A DNA stretch of 64,000 bases from an uncultured Actinomycetes bacterium (GCA_963775735.1 CAVZKD010000007.1:1394889-1458888); one strand, 5' to 3'. Positions 10,147 to 20,946 are shown, counted from the stretch's first letter. Translations and numbers: made by a program. The notes: generated from the letters alone by a model not told the origin.

Positions 10147-11821
10147 TCACCCATCGACGCGCTCCATCGCCTCGGGCGCCGACACGCCGAGCAGCCCGAG
10201 GAGGTTCGCGATGACCTGCTTCGTGCCTCGGCAGAGCCACAGGCGCGCCTGCGTGAGCTCGGGGTCGTCGGACAGGACCGGGCAGTCCGTGTAGAAGCGG
10301 TGGAACCGTGCCGCGAGTTCCTGCGAGGCGTGCGCGAGCCGGTGGGGCGCCCGGAGCTCCGCGGACGTCGCGACCTGGGCCGGGACGCGCGCGATCGCTC
10401 GGAGCACCTCGAGCTCGGCGTCCTCGGTCAGCCGCGTCAGGTCGGCGCGATCGATCGGCTCGAGCTCGATGCCTCGCTCGGCCGCCTTGCGCAGGATCGA
10501 CGCGATCCTCGCGTGCCCGTACTGCACGTAGTAGACGGGGTTCTCGAGCGACTGGCGCTTCACGGCCTCGATGTCGAAGTTCATCGTGACGTCGTTGCTG
10601 AACAGCAACAGGTGGAACCGCGCCGCGTCGGTGCCGACCTCGTCGATCAGCTCGTCGAGGCTCACGAACGTTCCCGCGCGCTTGCTCATCGGGACCGGCA
10701 CCCCATCGCGCAGGAAGGACACCCACTGGTAGATCACGACCTCCACGCGGTCGGCGCCGTAGCCGAGCGCCTCGGCGGTCCCGCGGAGCCGGGCGACGGC
10801 GCCATGATGATCGGCGCCCCAGACGTAGACGAGGTGTTCGAAGCCGCGCTCGAACTTGTCGACGACGTACGCGCAGTCGGCGCCGAAGTAGGTGTGCTGT
10901 CCGTTCGAACGCACGAGCGGCCGGTCCTTGTCGTCCCCGTACTGCGGTGGATCGGAACCAGACCGCGCCGTCGGCCTCGTAGACGGCGCCGGCCGTGCGG
11001 AGCCGCTCGATCGCGGCGTCGATCTCGCCCTTCTCGGCGAGCGTGCGCTCCGACACGTAGGAGTCGAACCGGACCCCGAACCGTGCGAGCGTGGCCTCGA
11101 TCTGCACGAGCACGCGACGCGCGCCCTCGTCCCGCAGGCGCTCGAGCCGGTCGTCCGATGGGAGATCGGCGGGTCCGGGCCCCTCCTGCTCGAGGATGTC
11201 CCTCGCGATCTCGGTGACGTACTCCCCGTGGTACCCGTCCTCCGGCACGTCGGCCTCGCGACCGAGCAGCTGCAGGTACCGGGCCTCGACCGAGGCCCCG
11301 AACCGGTCCATCTGCCCGCCCGCGTCGTTGAAGTAGTACTCGCGCTCGACGGACCAGCCCGCGGCCTCGAGCACCCGAGCGAGCGCGTCGCCGAGCGCGG
11401 CATTGCGAGCGTGGCCGATGTGCAGCGGACCCGTCGGGTTCGCGCTGACGAACTCGACCTGCGCGCGGGCGCCGGTCGGCTCGGCGCGCCCGTAGGCGGG
11501 CCCGCGGTCGACGACCTCGCGCAGGGCGTCCACCAGCCAGTCGGTCGTGAGGCGGAAGTTGATGAAGCCCGGGCCCGCGACGTCCACGGCACGCACGAAC
11601 GGCGCGGGCGGCAGGTTCCGACGGATGACCTCGGCGACCTCGCGAGGGGGCCGGCCCGCGCGACCGGCGAGCACGAGGGCGACGTTCGTCGCGAAGTCGC
11701 CATGCTCCTTCTGCTTCGTGCTCGTCAGCGTGATCTCGGGCGGGTCGCCGGACAGATCGAGCTCGGTCGCCGCGGCGGCGACGGCAGCGGACACGAGCGC
11801 GGAGAGTTCGTCTTCGATCAT
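10147..11821 (-). CDS. argS: arginyl-tRNA synthetase (frameshift about 10945)
   Basis: HGDFATN, GPGFIN, EFVSANPTGPLHIGH, GADHHG, MSKRAG, NPVYYVQY. Confidence 0.95.
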
Positions 11822-11917
11822 CGGCGCCCGAAGCCTAGCCGACCCCCCGTCGCCGACATCGCGAAGGGGAGCGGGAGCTGCCGGTCGAGCGAGGGCCGTT
11901 GCTAGACTCGATCGCGA

Positions 11918-11989
11918 GCCCTCGTAGCTCAGTGGATAGAGCATCGGCCTCCGGAGCCGGGTGCGCAGGTTCGAGTCCTGCCGAGGGCA
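11918..11989 (+). tRNA. tRNA-Arg(CCG)
   Basis: Acceptor stem GCCCTCG/CGAGGGC, D arm TAGCTCAGTGGATAGAGC, anticodon loop CT-CCG-GA, T loop TTCGAGT; -10-like TAGACT upstream; divergent from argS. Confidence 0.95.
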
Positions 11990-12051
11990 CCCCGTCGCTT
12001 CCGGGCCGCGGCCGAGGACCACGGACGGACGCCACAGCGACGGACCGGCCG

Positions 12052-12555
12052 ATGAAACGTCTCCTGCTGATCCGTCATGCGAAGTCGAGCTGGGACGATC
12101 CGGCCCTGGCCGACCACGACCGGCCGCTTGCTCCTCGGGGCAGGCACGCCGCCGAACGCATGCGCGGGCATCTCGAAGGGCAGGGCCTCAAGCCCGAACT
12201 CGTCCTGTGCTCCTCGTCGCGGCGCACGCGCGAGACGCTCGACCTCCTCGCGCCGGCCTTCGGCGCGGCGGAGCGGTCGTTCGAGGAGGGTCTCTACGGG
12301 GCGGGCTCGGCCGAGCTGCTCGAACGTCTGCGGGAGGTGCCCGACGACATCGGCACGGTGGCGCTGATCGGGCACAACCCGGGGGTCCAGGACCTCGCGC
12401 TCGGGCTCGCAGACAAGGGCAAGGACCTGGACCGCGCCCGAGAGAAGTTCCCGACGGGCGCCCTTGCCGTACTCGGGTTCGATGGGCCGTGGCGCGATCT
12501 CGAGGCGGGAACCGCCCGGCTCGAGTCGTTCGTGACGCCACGCGAGCTCGGATGA
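12052..12555 (+). CDS. sixA: SixA-like phosphohistidine phosphatase
   Basis: RHAKS, DHDRPL..RG, IGHNPG, FPTGA. Confidence 0.88.
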   Translation: MKRLLLIRHAKSSWDDPALADHDRPLAPRGRHAAERMRGHLEGQGLKPELVLCSSSRRTRETLDLLAPAFGAAERSFEEGLYGAGSAELLERLREVPDDIGTVALIGHNPGVQDLALGLADKGKDLDRAREKFPTGALAVLGFDGPWRDLEAGTARLESFVTPRELG

Positions 12556-13178
12556 ACGACCCTCCGGGGCATCCGGGCCCGGGGCTGACCGAGGCCGACC
12601 TCGGCCCGGATCCGATCGCGCGCTTCCGGGCATGGCTCGAGGAGGCCCGTGCCGGCGGCATCGTGTTCCCCGAGGCGGCGGCGCTCGCGACCTCGGATGC
12701 CGACGGTCGCCCCGCCGTCCGGCATGTGCTCGTGAAGGACGTCAGCGATGAGGGATTCGCCTTCTTCACGAACCGCGAGAGCCGCAAGGGCGCGCATCTG
12801 GCTCGGAACCCGTGGTCGGCGCTCGCCTTCCTCTGGCGCGAGATCGACCGGCAGGTGTGCGTCACCGGACCTGCGGGTCCGATGGACGACGATGCGTCGC
12901 TCGCCTACTTCCGGACTCGGTCGCGCGAGGCGCGGATCGGGGCCTGGGCCTCGAAGCAGAGCCGTCCGGTCGCCTCTCGCGAGGAGCTGGACGCGGCCTA
13001 CGCGGAGGTCGCCCGGCGCTTCCCCTCCGACGACATCCCGCTGCCCCCGCACTGGGGTGGGTACCGCCTCGTGCCGGCGACGATCGAGTTCTGGAAGGGA
13101 CGCGAACACCGCCTGCACGACCGGTTCCGGTTCGATCGCGAGGCCGACGGGTGGTCCCTCACCCGCCTGTGGCCATAG
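12552..13178 (+). CDS. pdxH: pyridoxine/pyridoxamine 5'-phosphate oxidase
   Basis: FFTNRESRKG, YFRTRSR..RIGAWASKQS, PPHWGGY, EFWKGR..RLHDRF. Confidence 0.92.
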   Translation: MNDPPGHPGPGLTEADLGPDPIARFRAWLEEARAGGIVFPEAAALATSDADGRPAVRHVLVKDVSDEGFAFFTNRESRKGAHLARNPWSALAFLWREIDRQVCVTGPAGPMDDDASLAYFRTRSREARIGAWASKQSRPVASREELDAAYAEVARRFPSDDIPLPPHWGGYRLVPATIEFWKGREHRLHDRFRFDREADGWSLTRLWP

Positions 13179-13209
13179 TGCGGGAACGCGCTGGTATCGT
13201 TCGCGCCGG

Positions 13210-14568
13210 ATGCAGAGCCGCACCGACGTCGACGTGCTTCGCGCGGCGGTCTCACGACGCCATCTCCGCGCGGTCGAAGATCTGTCGCGCCTGATCGCGA
13301 TCCCGTCGATCGCGTTCCCCGACTACGACGAGTCGCCCGTGCGCGCTTCCGCGCTCGCCACCGCGGAGCTCCTCGAGACGGCGGGCTTCGGCGGCGTCCG
13401 GCTGATCGAACTCCCCGACGGCGTGGGACATCCGGCGGTGTTCGGCGAGGTCGCCGGTCCGACCGGCGCGCCGACGATCCTGCTCTACGCCCACCATGAC
13501 GTGCAGCCGGAGGGTCCGCTCGAGCAGTGGACGAGCCCTCCGTTCGAACCGGAGGTCCGCGACGGCCGGCTGTTCGGCAGAGGCTCATCGGACGACAAGT
13601 GCGGCATCGTCATCCACGCGGAGGCGCTCCGGGCGTGGGGTGGCGATCCGCCGCTCACGGTGAAGGTCATCGTCGAGGGCGAGGAGGAATCGACCTCCGA
13701 ACACCTGCCGTTCCTGATCGACGGGAACAAGGACCTGCTCGAGGCCGATGTGATCGGGGTCGCGGACGGCGGCAACTGGCGGACGGGGATCCCGAGTCTG
13801 GAGACGAGCATCCGCGGGGTGGTCGATTGCCGGGTCACGGTCCGCACGCTCGGCCTCGCGGTGCACAGCGGCTCGTTCGGGGGCGTGATCCCCGACGCGC
13901 TGTCGAGCCTGTCCCGCATCCTCGCCACGCTGCACGACGACGAGGGCAACGTCGCGATCGAGGGGTTGGCGCGTTCGCCCTGGGGAGGCGTCGAGATGAC
14001 GGAGGAAGAGGTCCGGGAGGACGCGCCGATCCGGCCCGGCGTCCGGCTGATCGGTTCGGGTCCGATCGCCGAGCGACTGTGGTCGGCGCCGGCGGTCTCC
14101 GTGCTCGGGATCGACGCGCCCCGGGTGCGCGAGGCCTCGAACCAACTCGTCCCCGTCGCCGCGGCGAAGGTGAGCCTCCGGCTCGCGCCCGAGGACGACC
14201 CCGCCCGGGCCGCCGGGCTGCTCGCCCGACACCTCGTCGAACACGCGCCCTGGGGTGTGGAGGTGGACGTCGAACCGGGAACGGCGGGCCTCGGACTGCG
14301 CATCGCGAACGACGGTCCGGCGTTCGCGGCGATGCGCCGGTCGATGGAGGCCGCGTACGGACGGGAGGTGATCGAGAGCGGCAGCGGCGGATCGGTCCCG
14401 CTGGTGCCGATGCTCGCCGGGACGTTCCCCGACGCCGAGATCCTGATCTACGGCGCCTCGGACGAGCGGAGCCAGTACCACTCGGTCGACGAGAGCGTCG
14501 ACCTGCAGGACCTCGAACGCGCCTGCCTGGCCGAGGCGCTCCTGTTCGGGGAGCTCGCAACCCACTGA
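13210..14568 (+). CDS. M20 family metallo-dipeptidase
   Basis: YAHHDVQP, GRGSSDDK, EGEEE, HSG.FGG, GGSVP, HSVDES. Confidence 0.9.
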   Translation: MQSRTDVDVLRAAVSRRHLRAVEDLSRLIAIPSIAFPDYDESPVRASALATAELLETAGFGGVRLIELPDGVGHPAVFGEVAGPTGAPTILLYAHHDVQPEGPLEQWTSPPFEPEVRDGRLFGRGSSDDKCGIVIHAEALRAWGGDPPLTVKVIVEGEEESTSEHLPFLIDGNKDLLEADVIGVADGGNWRTGIPSLETSIRGVVDCRVTVRTLGLAVHSGSFGGVIPDALSSLSRILATLHDDEGNVAIEGLARSPWGGVEMTEEEVREDAPIRPGVRLIGSGPIAERLWSAPAVSVLGIDAPRVREASNQLVPVAAAKVSLRLAPEDDPARAAGLLARHLVEHAPWGVEVDVEPGTAGLGLRIANDGPAFAAMRRSMEAAYGREVIESGSGGSVPLVPMLAGTFPDAEILIYGASDERSQYHSVDESVDLQDLERACLAEALLFGELATH

Positions 14569-14627
14569 CCCCGGGGTGGGCCCCGTCGTCGGGGCGTCGG
14601 TCGGACACACGCGTTAGGCTCGGGCAC

Positions 14628-15101
14628 ATGGACAGCACGCCCCCGCCGCAGATGCCGTCGGCGCCCACGTCGCCCCAGCCGGACGAGCCCGAACAGGAGG
14701 CGATCACACAGCCGGCCAAGCTGTTGCGGATCGCGAGCATGGTGCGCGAACTCCTGGAGGAGACCCGGCAGGCGTCGCTCGACGAGCCCGGACGGATCCG
14801 GCTCCGGCAGATCTACGAACGATCGCTCGGCGAACTCCAGGAGGTGCTGTCGCCCGATCTCCAGGAGGAGCTCTCGGCGATCGCACCGCCGATGCAGGGC
14901 GTGCCGACGGAGTCCGAGATCCGCGTCGCCCAGGCACAGCTGGTCGGTTGGCTCGAGGGGCTGTTCCACGGGATCCAGGCGGCGTTGTTCGCGCAGCAGG
15001 CGGCCGCACGTGCGCAGTTCGAGGAGCTCCGACGCCGCGGCCTGACGGCGGGGAACGAACCCGGACCGAGGTCCGACGACGCGCGCGGCCAGTACCTCTA
15101 G
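14628..15101 (+). CDS. bpa: bacterial proteasome activator Bpa/PafE
   Basis: QPAKLLRIASM, LSPDLQEEL, EIRVAQAQLVGWLEGLFHGIQ, C-terminal GQYL. Confidence 0.93.
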   Translation: MDSTPPPQMPSAPTSPQPDEPEQEAITQPAKLLRIASMVRELLEETRQASLDEPGRIRLRQIYERSLGELQEVLSPDLQEELSAIAPPMQGVPTESEIRVAQAQLVGWLEGLFHGIQAALFAQQAAARAQFEELRRRGLTAGNEPGPRSDDARGQYL

Positions 15102-15113
15102 CGATCCGGCCGC

Positions 15114-15926
15114 TTAGGGCTCCGCGCCCACGCGACCGCGAGCTGTCTCGGAGCCTCCCGCCAGGCGCTGCGCGATGTAGACCGGGATCAGCATCAGGAT
15201 CAACACCGCGATCGCGACCACGTTCACGACCGGTGCGTTCCGGGGGAGCCGCAGGTTGTTGTAGATGAACTTCGGGATCGTGAGGGTGCTCCCCGACGTG
15301 AAGTTCGTGACGACGATCTCGTCGAACGACAGGGCGAACGCGAGGAGTGCCCCGGCCACGATCGCCGTTCGGATCGCCGGGAACGTTACGTATCGGAACG
15401 TCTGCCATCCGTCCGCGCCGAGGTCCATCGACGCCTCCACGAGCGACGTCGGCGTTCGTCGGAGGCGAGCGATCACGTTGTTGTAGACGACCACGATGCA
15501 GAACGTCGCGTGGCCGACCACGATCGTGAACAACCCGAACGGGAAGCCGAAGCTGTTGATCGTGGTGTTGAGGGCGATCGCGGTCACGATCCCGGGCAGG
15601 GCGATCGGCAGGACCAACAGGAACGACACGGAGTTCCTCCCGAAGAACGAGAAGCGGTGGACGGCGAACGCCGCGGCGCTCCCGAGGAACAGCGCGAGCA
15701 GCGTGGCGATCGCCGCCACCTTGAGCGAGTTCGCCAAGGCTTCCCGAACCTCCGCCGAACGCCAGGCGATCCCGAACCATTTCGTCGTGAGCCCCTCGAT
15801 CGGCCAGGCCAGCGCGACGCTGTCGTTGAACGCGTAGACGACGACGATCACGAGCGGGACGTAGAGGAAGACGACGATCAGCGCCGCACCCACCTTGATC
15901 GCGACCCGAGCTGCGCGCGTCTCCAC
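15114..15926 (-). CDS. polyamine-type ABC transporter permease (PotC/YdcV-like)
   Basis: GTG 15926; FLYVP, EASMDLGA EAA loop, SFDEIVVT. Confidence 0.88.
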   Translation of the reverse strand: METRAARVAIKVGAALIVVFLYVPLVIVVVYAFNDSVALAWPIEGLTTKWFGIAWRSAEVREALANSLKVAAIATLLALFLGSAAAFAVHRFSFFGRNSVSFLLVLPIALPGIVTAIALNTTINSFGFPFGLFTIVVGHATFCIVVVYNNVIARLRRTPTSLVEASMDLGADGWQTFRYVTFPAIRTAIVAGALLAFALSFDEIVVTNFTSGSTLTIPKFIYNNLRLPRNAPVVNVVAIAVLILMLIPVYIAQRLAGGSETARGRVGAEP

Positions 15927-15928
15927 CC

Positions 15929-16828
15929 CTACAACGCCTCGAACGCGCCGAGGCGCTTGGCCCCGAGCAGGTAGACGGCCATGATCGCCACCGGGACGAG
16001 CGCGTACGCCGCCGCGAACGGGATGTTCCCGGCCACCCCGACGTTGTCGAAGATCACGTTGCCGATGAACTGCGTGTTGCCCACGAGCTCGGGCGTGATG
16101 TAGTCGCCGAGCGTGAGCGAGAAGGCGAAGATCGACCCCGCCACGATGCCGGGCAGGATCAGCGGGAACAGGACGCGCCGGAACGTCGTCCACCCTCGCG
16201 CGCCCAGATCGCTCGAGGCCTCCAGGAACGAGTCGGGCACGCGCTCGAGCGCCGCGTAGATCGGCAGGAGCGTGAACGGGAGCCACAGGTAGACGAACGC
16301 GATCCACACGGACCAGTTCGAGCGCCCGAGCTGCAGGGAGCCCGCGCCCGTGAGCTCGACCAGCCAGTTCAGGAACCCCGTCGGCGTCAGGATGATCTTC
16401 CACGCGAACACGCGGACGAGGTAGTTCGCCCACAGGGGCAGCACGACCGCGATGAGCACGATGTTGCGCATCCGAGGCGTCGCGAGCCGGGCGGCGTAGT
16501 ACGCGAGCGGGAACGACAGGACGATGTCGGTCACGGTGACGGCCGCGGCGATCCCCACCGTCCGCAGCGTGATCGTGCGATAGACGTCGTTGTCCAACAG
16601 GGTCTCGAAGTTCGTGAAGGAGAAGCCCCGGACGATCTCGGTCGTGAAGACGTCGAGGCTCCAGAACGCCGTCGCCAGCAGGAGCACGAGCGAACCGAGG
16701 TAGATGACGAGGAACCACCCGAGCGGCCCGACGAGCGAGAGCGAGAGCTTGGCTCGCGGGTGACGGAACAGGAACGCGGACGTCCGGCGGACCGCGCCCC
16801 GGTCACGACCTTGGGTCACGATCGCCAC
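15929..16828 (-). CDS. polyamine-type ABC transporter permease (PotB/YdcU-like)
   Basis: TM helices; EASSDLGA; FSLTLGDYI. Confidence 0.88.
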   Translation of the reverse strand: MAIVTQGRDRGAVRRTSAFLFRHPRAKLSLSLVGPLGWFLVIYLGSLVLLLATAFWSLDVFTTEIVRGFSFTNFETLLDNDVYRTITLRTVGIAAAVTVTDIVLSFPLAYYAARLATPRMRNIVLIAVVLPLWANYLVRVFAWKIILTPTGFLNWLVELTGAGSLQLGRSNWSVWIAFVYLWLPFTLLPIYAALERVPDSFLEASSDLGARGWTTFRRVLFPLILPGIVAGSIFAFSLTLGDYITPELVGNTQFIGNVIFDNVGVAGNIPFAAAYALVPVAIMAVYLLGAKRLGAFEAL

Positions 16829-16851
16829 GACACCCCCTCATCAACGAGGAC

Positions 16852-16887
16852 GGAAGCCCCGGGGAACGGACCGTCCCCCGGGGCTCC
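16852..16887 (-). terminator. GC-rich hairpin after the substrate-binding protein gene
   Basis: GCCCCGGGG...CCCCGGGGC inverted repeat; typical position for an intra-operon stabiliser or terminator. Confidence 0.55.
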
Positions 16888-16907
16888 ACATCGAGACCGA
16901 ACCGACG

Positions 16908-18168
16908 TTACCCGACGATCTCGGTCCAGGCCTGCGTCCACTCCGAGTAGTCGATGCAGACCTCTCCGCGGTCGTCGCCGCAGTCGACCGACGGCGTCTT
17001 CCACAGGTAGAGCGAGTTCAGGAACTCCGCATCGCCGCAGTGGCTGTAGCGGAGGGTGTCCACCGCGGAGTCCGAACCCTCGCCGTAGGCATCGATGAGG
17101 AAGGAGCGGATCTCGTCGCACGAACCGACGTTGCTGCCCGCGGCACCGTAGTAGACGGCAACCTCCGCCTGCACGTCCGGCTGCAACGTCCAGTCCATCC
17201 ACATCAGCATGCAGTTCGGGTGCGGCGCGTTCGCGGAGATCATCCACGTGTCCGCCCAGCCGGTCATCCCTTCGGAGGGCTCGACCGCGTCCACGGGCGC
17301 ATCGAGCTCCGCGTACGTGAGGTTGACCGGCCAGTTCGTGCCGACCACCATCGAGCCGTCCACGAACCCGGCGATCGCATCCGTAGTACAGGGCCCAGTA
17401 GCTGCCGATCAACTCGGACTGCTGCGTCATCAGCTCCACCGTCGCATCGAACTGCGCCTGATCCAGCTCGTACGGGTCGGTGATCCCGAGGTCCGGGTTG
17501 TGCGTCATCAGGTACATCGCCCCATCGGCGATGAAGATCGGCGCGTTGTACCCGGTCACGGAGCCGGCATACGGCGAATCGGCTTCGAACGTCACGTCCC
17601 AGCTCGTCGGCGCCGGGCTCACGACCTCCGTGTTGTACATGAGGAAGTTGGGTCCGTACATGTACGGCACGCCGTACACGTTCCCGTCGACGATGTAGTG
17701 CGACGTGTTCGTCCCGCCGTCGGGGTTGAGCGGCGCGATCACGTTCGCCATCTCGGCGAACAGGGCGGGGTCGACCGCGCCCACGTCCTGACCGGCGATC
17801 AGCCGGTTGCTCGCGTCGCCCGATGCCGACACGCCGTCGTACACGCTGCCGCCGCCCTGACGCATCAACTGGACCATCTCGTCCGAGGTATCGCCGTACG
17901 TCACGTTGACATCGCAGCCCGTCTCGTCCTCGAAGGGCGTGACCCAGTCGAACTGCTCGAAGCCCTCGGTGGTGCCATCCTCGGTGTAGCCGTGCCAGGC
18001 GATCAGCTCGAGCGCGCCCTCGCCTTCGCCGATCTCGCCGAACGTCACCGCCGGCTCGATCGCTCCGCCGCCGTCGCCGTCGTCGCCGCCGTCGCCGTCA
18101 TCGCCACACGCGGCGGCGACGACCATCAGCACCGCCAGCGAGGCGAGCCACATCCGTGCGCCCCTCAT
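16908..18168 (-). CDS. ABC substrate-binding lipoprotein (PotD/YdcS-like; frameshift about 17385)
   Basis: Lipobox VVAAAC; [40 protein letters not shown]. Confidence 0.85.
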
Positions 18169-19286
18169 GCATCCCCCTCTTCTGGGCCCTTCGACCCCTC
18201 TTCCGACCCCCCGGTCGCTTCGACCGGACGGTTGTTCCTGCGGTCCCACACCAGACGGACGACCTTGCCGCGCACCTGCAGCGCCTCCATCGAAGACGTG
18301 GTCAGGTTCTGCTGGGTGACCACGAGCTCACCGCCGACGTCCAACGTGACGATGTACCGGGTCGCCGCACCCAGGTAGACGACCTCGCGGACGTGCCCCG
18401 TCGCCGTGCACTGGTCGGCATGAACCTCCGAGTCGGACTCGACCATCGAGATCTTCTCCGGGCGGATCGTGAACGGGTGCGGATCGCCGGCGATCTTCAC
18501 GGCGGCCTCGCCCTCCAGCACGTTCGACGTCCCCACGAATCCGGCGACGAACCCGGTGGCAGGCCGCTCGTAGACGTCCGCCGGGGGTCCCACCTGTTCG
18601 ATCCGCCCCTGGTTGAACACGGCGAGGCGGTCGCTCATCGTGAGCGCTTCCTCCTGGTCGTGGGTCACGTAGATGAAGGTCAGGCCCACCCGTTGCTGGA
18701 TCTCCTTCAGCTCGATCTGCATCGCCTGGCGGAGCTTGAGGTCCAGCGCCCCGAGCGGCTCGTCGAGCAGCAGCACCTTCGGCCGGTTGACGAGGGCGCG
18801 GGCGAGCGCCACGCGCTGCCGTTGGCCGCCCGAGAGTTGCGTGGGCTTCCGCTCGCCGAGCAGGGAGAGCTGCACCATCGCGAGCGCCTCGGCGGCCCGT
18901 TCGCGGCGCTCGGCCTTCGGTACCTTCTTCACCTTCAGCCCGTACTCGACGTTCTCCGCGACCGTCATGTGCGGGAACAGCGCGTAGTCCTGGAAGACGG
19001 TGTTCACGTCGCGCTCGTAGGGCGCGAGCCCCGTCACGTCCTGCCCGCCGAGCAGCACGCGGCCCTCGGTCGGGGCCTCGAAGCCGGCGATCATCCGCAG
19101 ACAGGTGGTCTTGCCCGACCCCGAGGGCCCGAGCATCGAGAAGAACTCGCCCTCCGCGACGTCCAAGGTGACGCCGTCAACCGCGACGACGTCCGCGAAG
19201 CGCTTGACGACCCGCTCGAGGGAGACGGCCGAACCCGTCGGTATGGACGCCGATGCCTCGTCGAGCCTCGTCATCGGCGTGACCAC
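18165..19286 (-). CDS. polyamine-type ABC ATPase (PotA-like)
   Basis: [36 protein letters not shown]-like tail. Confidence 0.92.
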   Translation of the reverse strand: MVTPMTRLDEASASIPTGSAVSLERVVKRFADVVAVDGVTLDVAEGEFFSMLGPSGSGKTTCLRMIAGFEAPTEGRVLLGGQDVTGLAPYERDVNTVFQDYALFPHMTVAENVEYGLKVKKVPKAERRERAAEALAMVQLSLLGERKPTQLSGGQRQRVALARALVNRPKVLLLDEPLGALDLKLRQAMQIELKEIQQRVGLTFIYVTHDQEEALTMSDRLAVFNQGRIEQVGPPADVYERPATGFVAGFVGTSNVLEGEAAVKIAGDPHPFTIRPEKISMVESDSEVHADQCTATGHVREVVYLGAATRYIVTLDVGGELVVTQQNLTTSSMEALQVRGKVVRLVWDRRNNRPVEATGGSEEGSKGPEEGDA

Positions 19287-19377
19287 ACGACCTCCGGGGG
19301 TTTCGGTTCCCTTCGGAACCGCGCCATCTTGAACGGGAAACGGGGGCCGGGCAACCCACCGCCCTCAGCAGAGACGT

Positions 19378-20397
19378 TCAGCGTGCGGAGACGAGCGTGG
19401 CGAGGTCGACCCCGCGCGTGCGGAGGGTCTCGGCCAGGCCGGAACAGATGTCGCCGGCCAGCCGCGGGCCCTCGAAGACGAGCCCCGTGTAGACCTGCAC
19501 GGTCGTCGCGCCCGCCTCCAGGCACGCGAGGGCATCGGCCGCGGTGGTGATGCCGCCGCACGCGTTGATCGGCATCTCGCCTTCGGTCGCGCGCCGGACG
19601 TCCCGAACGTTGGCGATCGTCCCGTCCAGCAGGTCCCGGCCAGACAATCCGCCGGAGCCGGCCTCCAGCCTGGGCTCGTCGACGGGAAGCGTGTTCGAAC
19701 AGGTGAGGGCGTTCGCGCCCTCACGCTGCGCGATCCCCGCGAGCGCGAGCACGACCTGGCGCTCGACATCCGTTCGGAAGGGCGGGAGCTTGACGAAGAT
19801 CGGCGTGACGCGGCGGGACCCCAGTTCGCGGAGCAGGGTCGCGAGGTGTGCCTCGTTGTCACGATCGCGTCCCCACGAGACGTTCGGACAGCTGACGTTC
19901 AGCTCGACGGCGTCGACGTGTGGCTCGAGCAGCGCGTGGGTCTCGAGCACGTCGGCCAGGTCCTGGTCGGCGACGCTCGCGACCCTCGGCCCGATCGGTC
20001 GAACCTTCCGGAGCGTCTTGGCCGCCGCCTCGGCCCCCGGGTTCGGCAGCCCCATCGCGTTGACCATCGAGTCGCGGTCGCGGTATCGGACGACCCGGGG
20101 CCGCGCGTTGCCCTGCCTGGGACGTCGGGTGAAGGTGCCTCCCACGACGTAGCCGAAACCCAGACGGCCGAGCGCATCGAGGCGGGCGGCGGTCTTGTCG
20201 AACCCGGCCGCGAGCCCGACGGGGTTCGCGAGCTCGATGCCCGCGAGCTCGACGCGGAGCGTGGGATCGGGCGCCCGGATGCCGCCCAGCCGCTCCCACG
20301 GGAGCGGGAGACCCAGCAGCAGGTGGGCCGTTCGGTGCGCGGCCTCGGGCGGCAGGGCGAACAGCGGCGGCCGCACGAGCGATCGGTACCAGCCCAT
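19378..20397 (-). CDS. pyrD: dihydroorotate dehydrogenase (quinone-type architecture)
   Basis: N-terminal PEAAH helix, NPVGLAAGFDK, NAMG, NVSCPN, VKL, SNT, GGLSG, VQVYT. Confidence 0.88.
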   Translation of the reverse strand: MGWYRSLVRPPLFALPPEAAHRTAHLLLGLPLPWERLGGIRAPDPTLRVELAGIELANPVGLAAGFDKTAARLDALGRLGFGYVVGGTFTRRPRQGNARPRVVRYRDRDSMVNAMGLPNPGAEAAAKTLRKVRPIGPRVASVADQDLADVLETHALLEPHVDAVELNVSCPNVSWGRDRDNEAHLATLLRELGSRRVTPIFVKLPPFRTDVERQVVLALAGIAQREGANALTCSNTLPVDEPRLEAGSGGLSGRDLLDGTIANVRDVRRATEGEMPINACGGITTAADALACLEAGATTVQVYTGLVFEGPRLAGDICSGLAETLRTRGVDLATLVSAR

Positions 20398-20418
20398 CGG
20401 GGCCCTATGCTACGGCCG
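20398..20418. promoter_or_regulatory. putative bidirectional -10 element between pyrD and pyrE
   Basis: 21-bp intergenic; TATGCT (+, 20406-20411) 7 nt before pyrE ATG; TAGCAT (-, 20407-20412) 9 nt before pyrD ATG. Confidence 0.6.
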
Positions 20419-20946
20419 ATGCCCGACGACCTCGCCGAGCGCCTCATCGCGGCGTCCGAGCTGCACGGGGACTTCGTGCTGTCGTCCGGCCGACGATCGA
20501 GCGTGTACTTCGACAAGTTCCGGTTCCTGACCGACCCCGACCTCCTGAAGGACACGGCGGCGGGCGTCGTCGACCTCATGCCCGAGGGGATCACGCACCT
20601 GGCGGCTCCGGAGGGCGCCGCGACCCTGCTCGTCGCCGCGGTCGCCCTGCAGACGGGGCTGCCGATCGCCGTGGTGCGCAGGGAACCGAAGGCCTACGGG
20701 ACGATGTCGCAGCTCGAGGGGCATGCGCCGCCGGGAGCGGAGGTGGCGCTCGTCGAGGACGTGTCGACGACCGGTCAACAGGTGCACCGGGCCGCGAAGG
20801 TGCTCGAGGAGGCCGGCTGCACCGTGGGCATCATCGTGCTCGCGATCGACCGGGGCGGCGCCGAGCACCTTCGCGCCGCCGGCTACTGGGTGAAGTCGGT
20901 CGTCGAGGTCCGGCCCGCAGACGGGACGGTCACACGACCGGCGTGA
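20419..20946 (+). CDS. pyrE: orotate phosphoribosyltransferase
   Basis: GDFVLSSGRRSSVYFDK, RREPKAYG, PRPP motif LVEDVSTTG. Confidence 0.88.
   Translation: MPDDLAERLIAASELHGDFVLSSGRRSSVYFDKFRFLTDPDLLKDTAAGVVDLMPEGITHLAAPEGAATLLVAAVALQTGLPIAVVRREPKAYGTMSQLEGHAPPGAEVALVEDVSTTGQQVHRAAKVLEEAGCTVGIIVLAIDRGGAEHLRAAGYWVKSVVEVRPADGTVTRPA

Noticed and set aside
11990-12050. Island integrated at tRNA-Arg
   Set aside because: No 3'-end duplication or integrase seen; housekeeping genes follow directly.
18065-18105. Short tandem GCCGTC-type repeats
   Set aside because: They encode the Gly/Asp linker after the lipobox; not a CRISPR or VNTR. The Pro-Ser tail of UPF0182 is similar.
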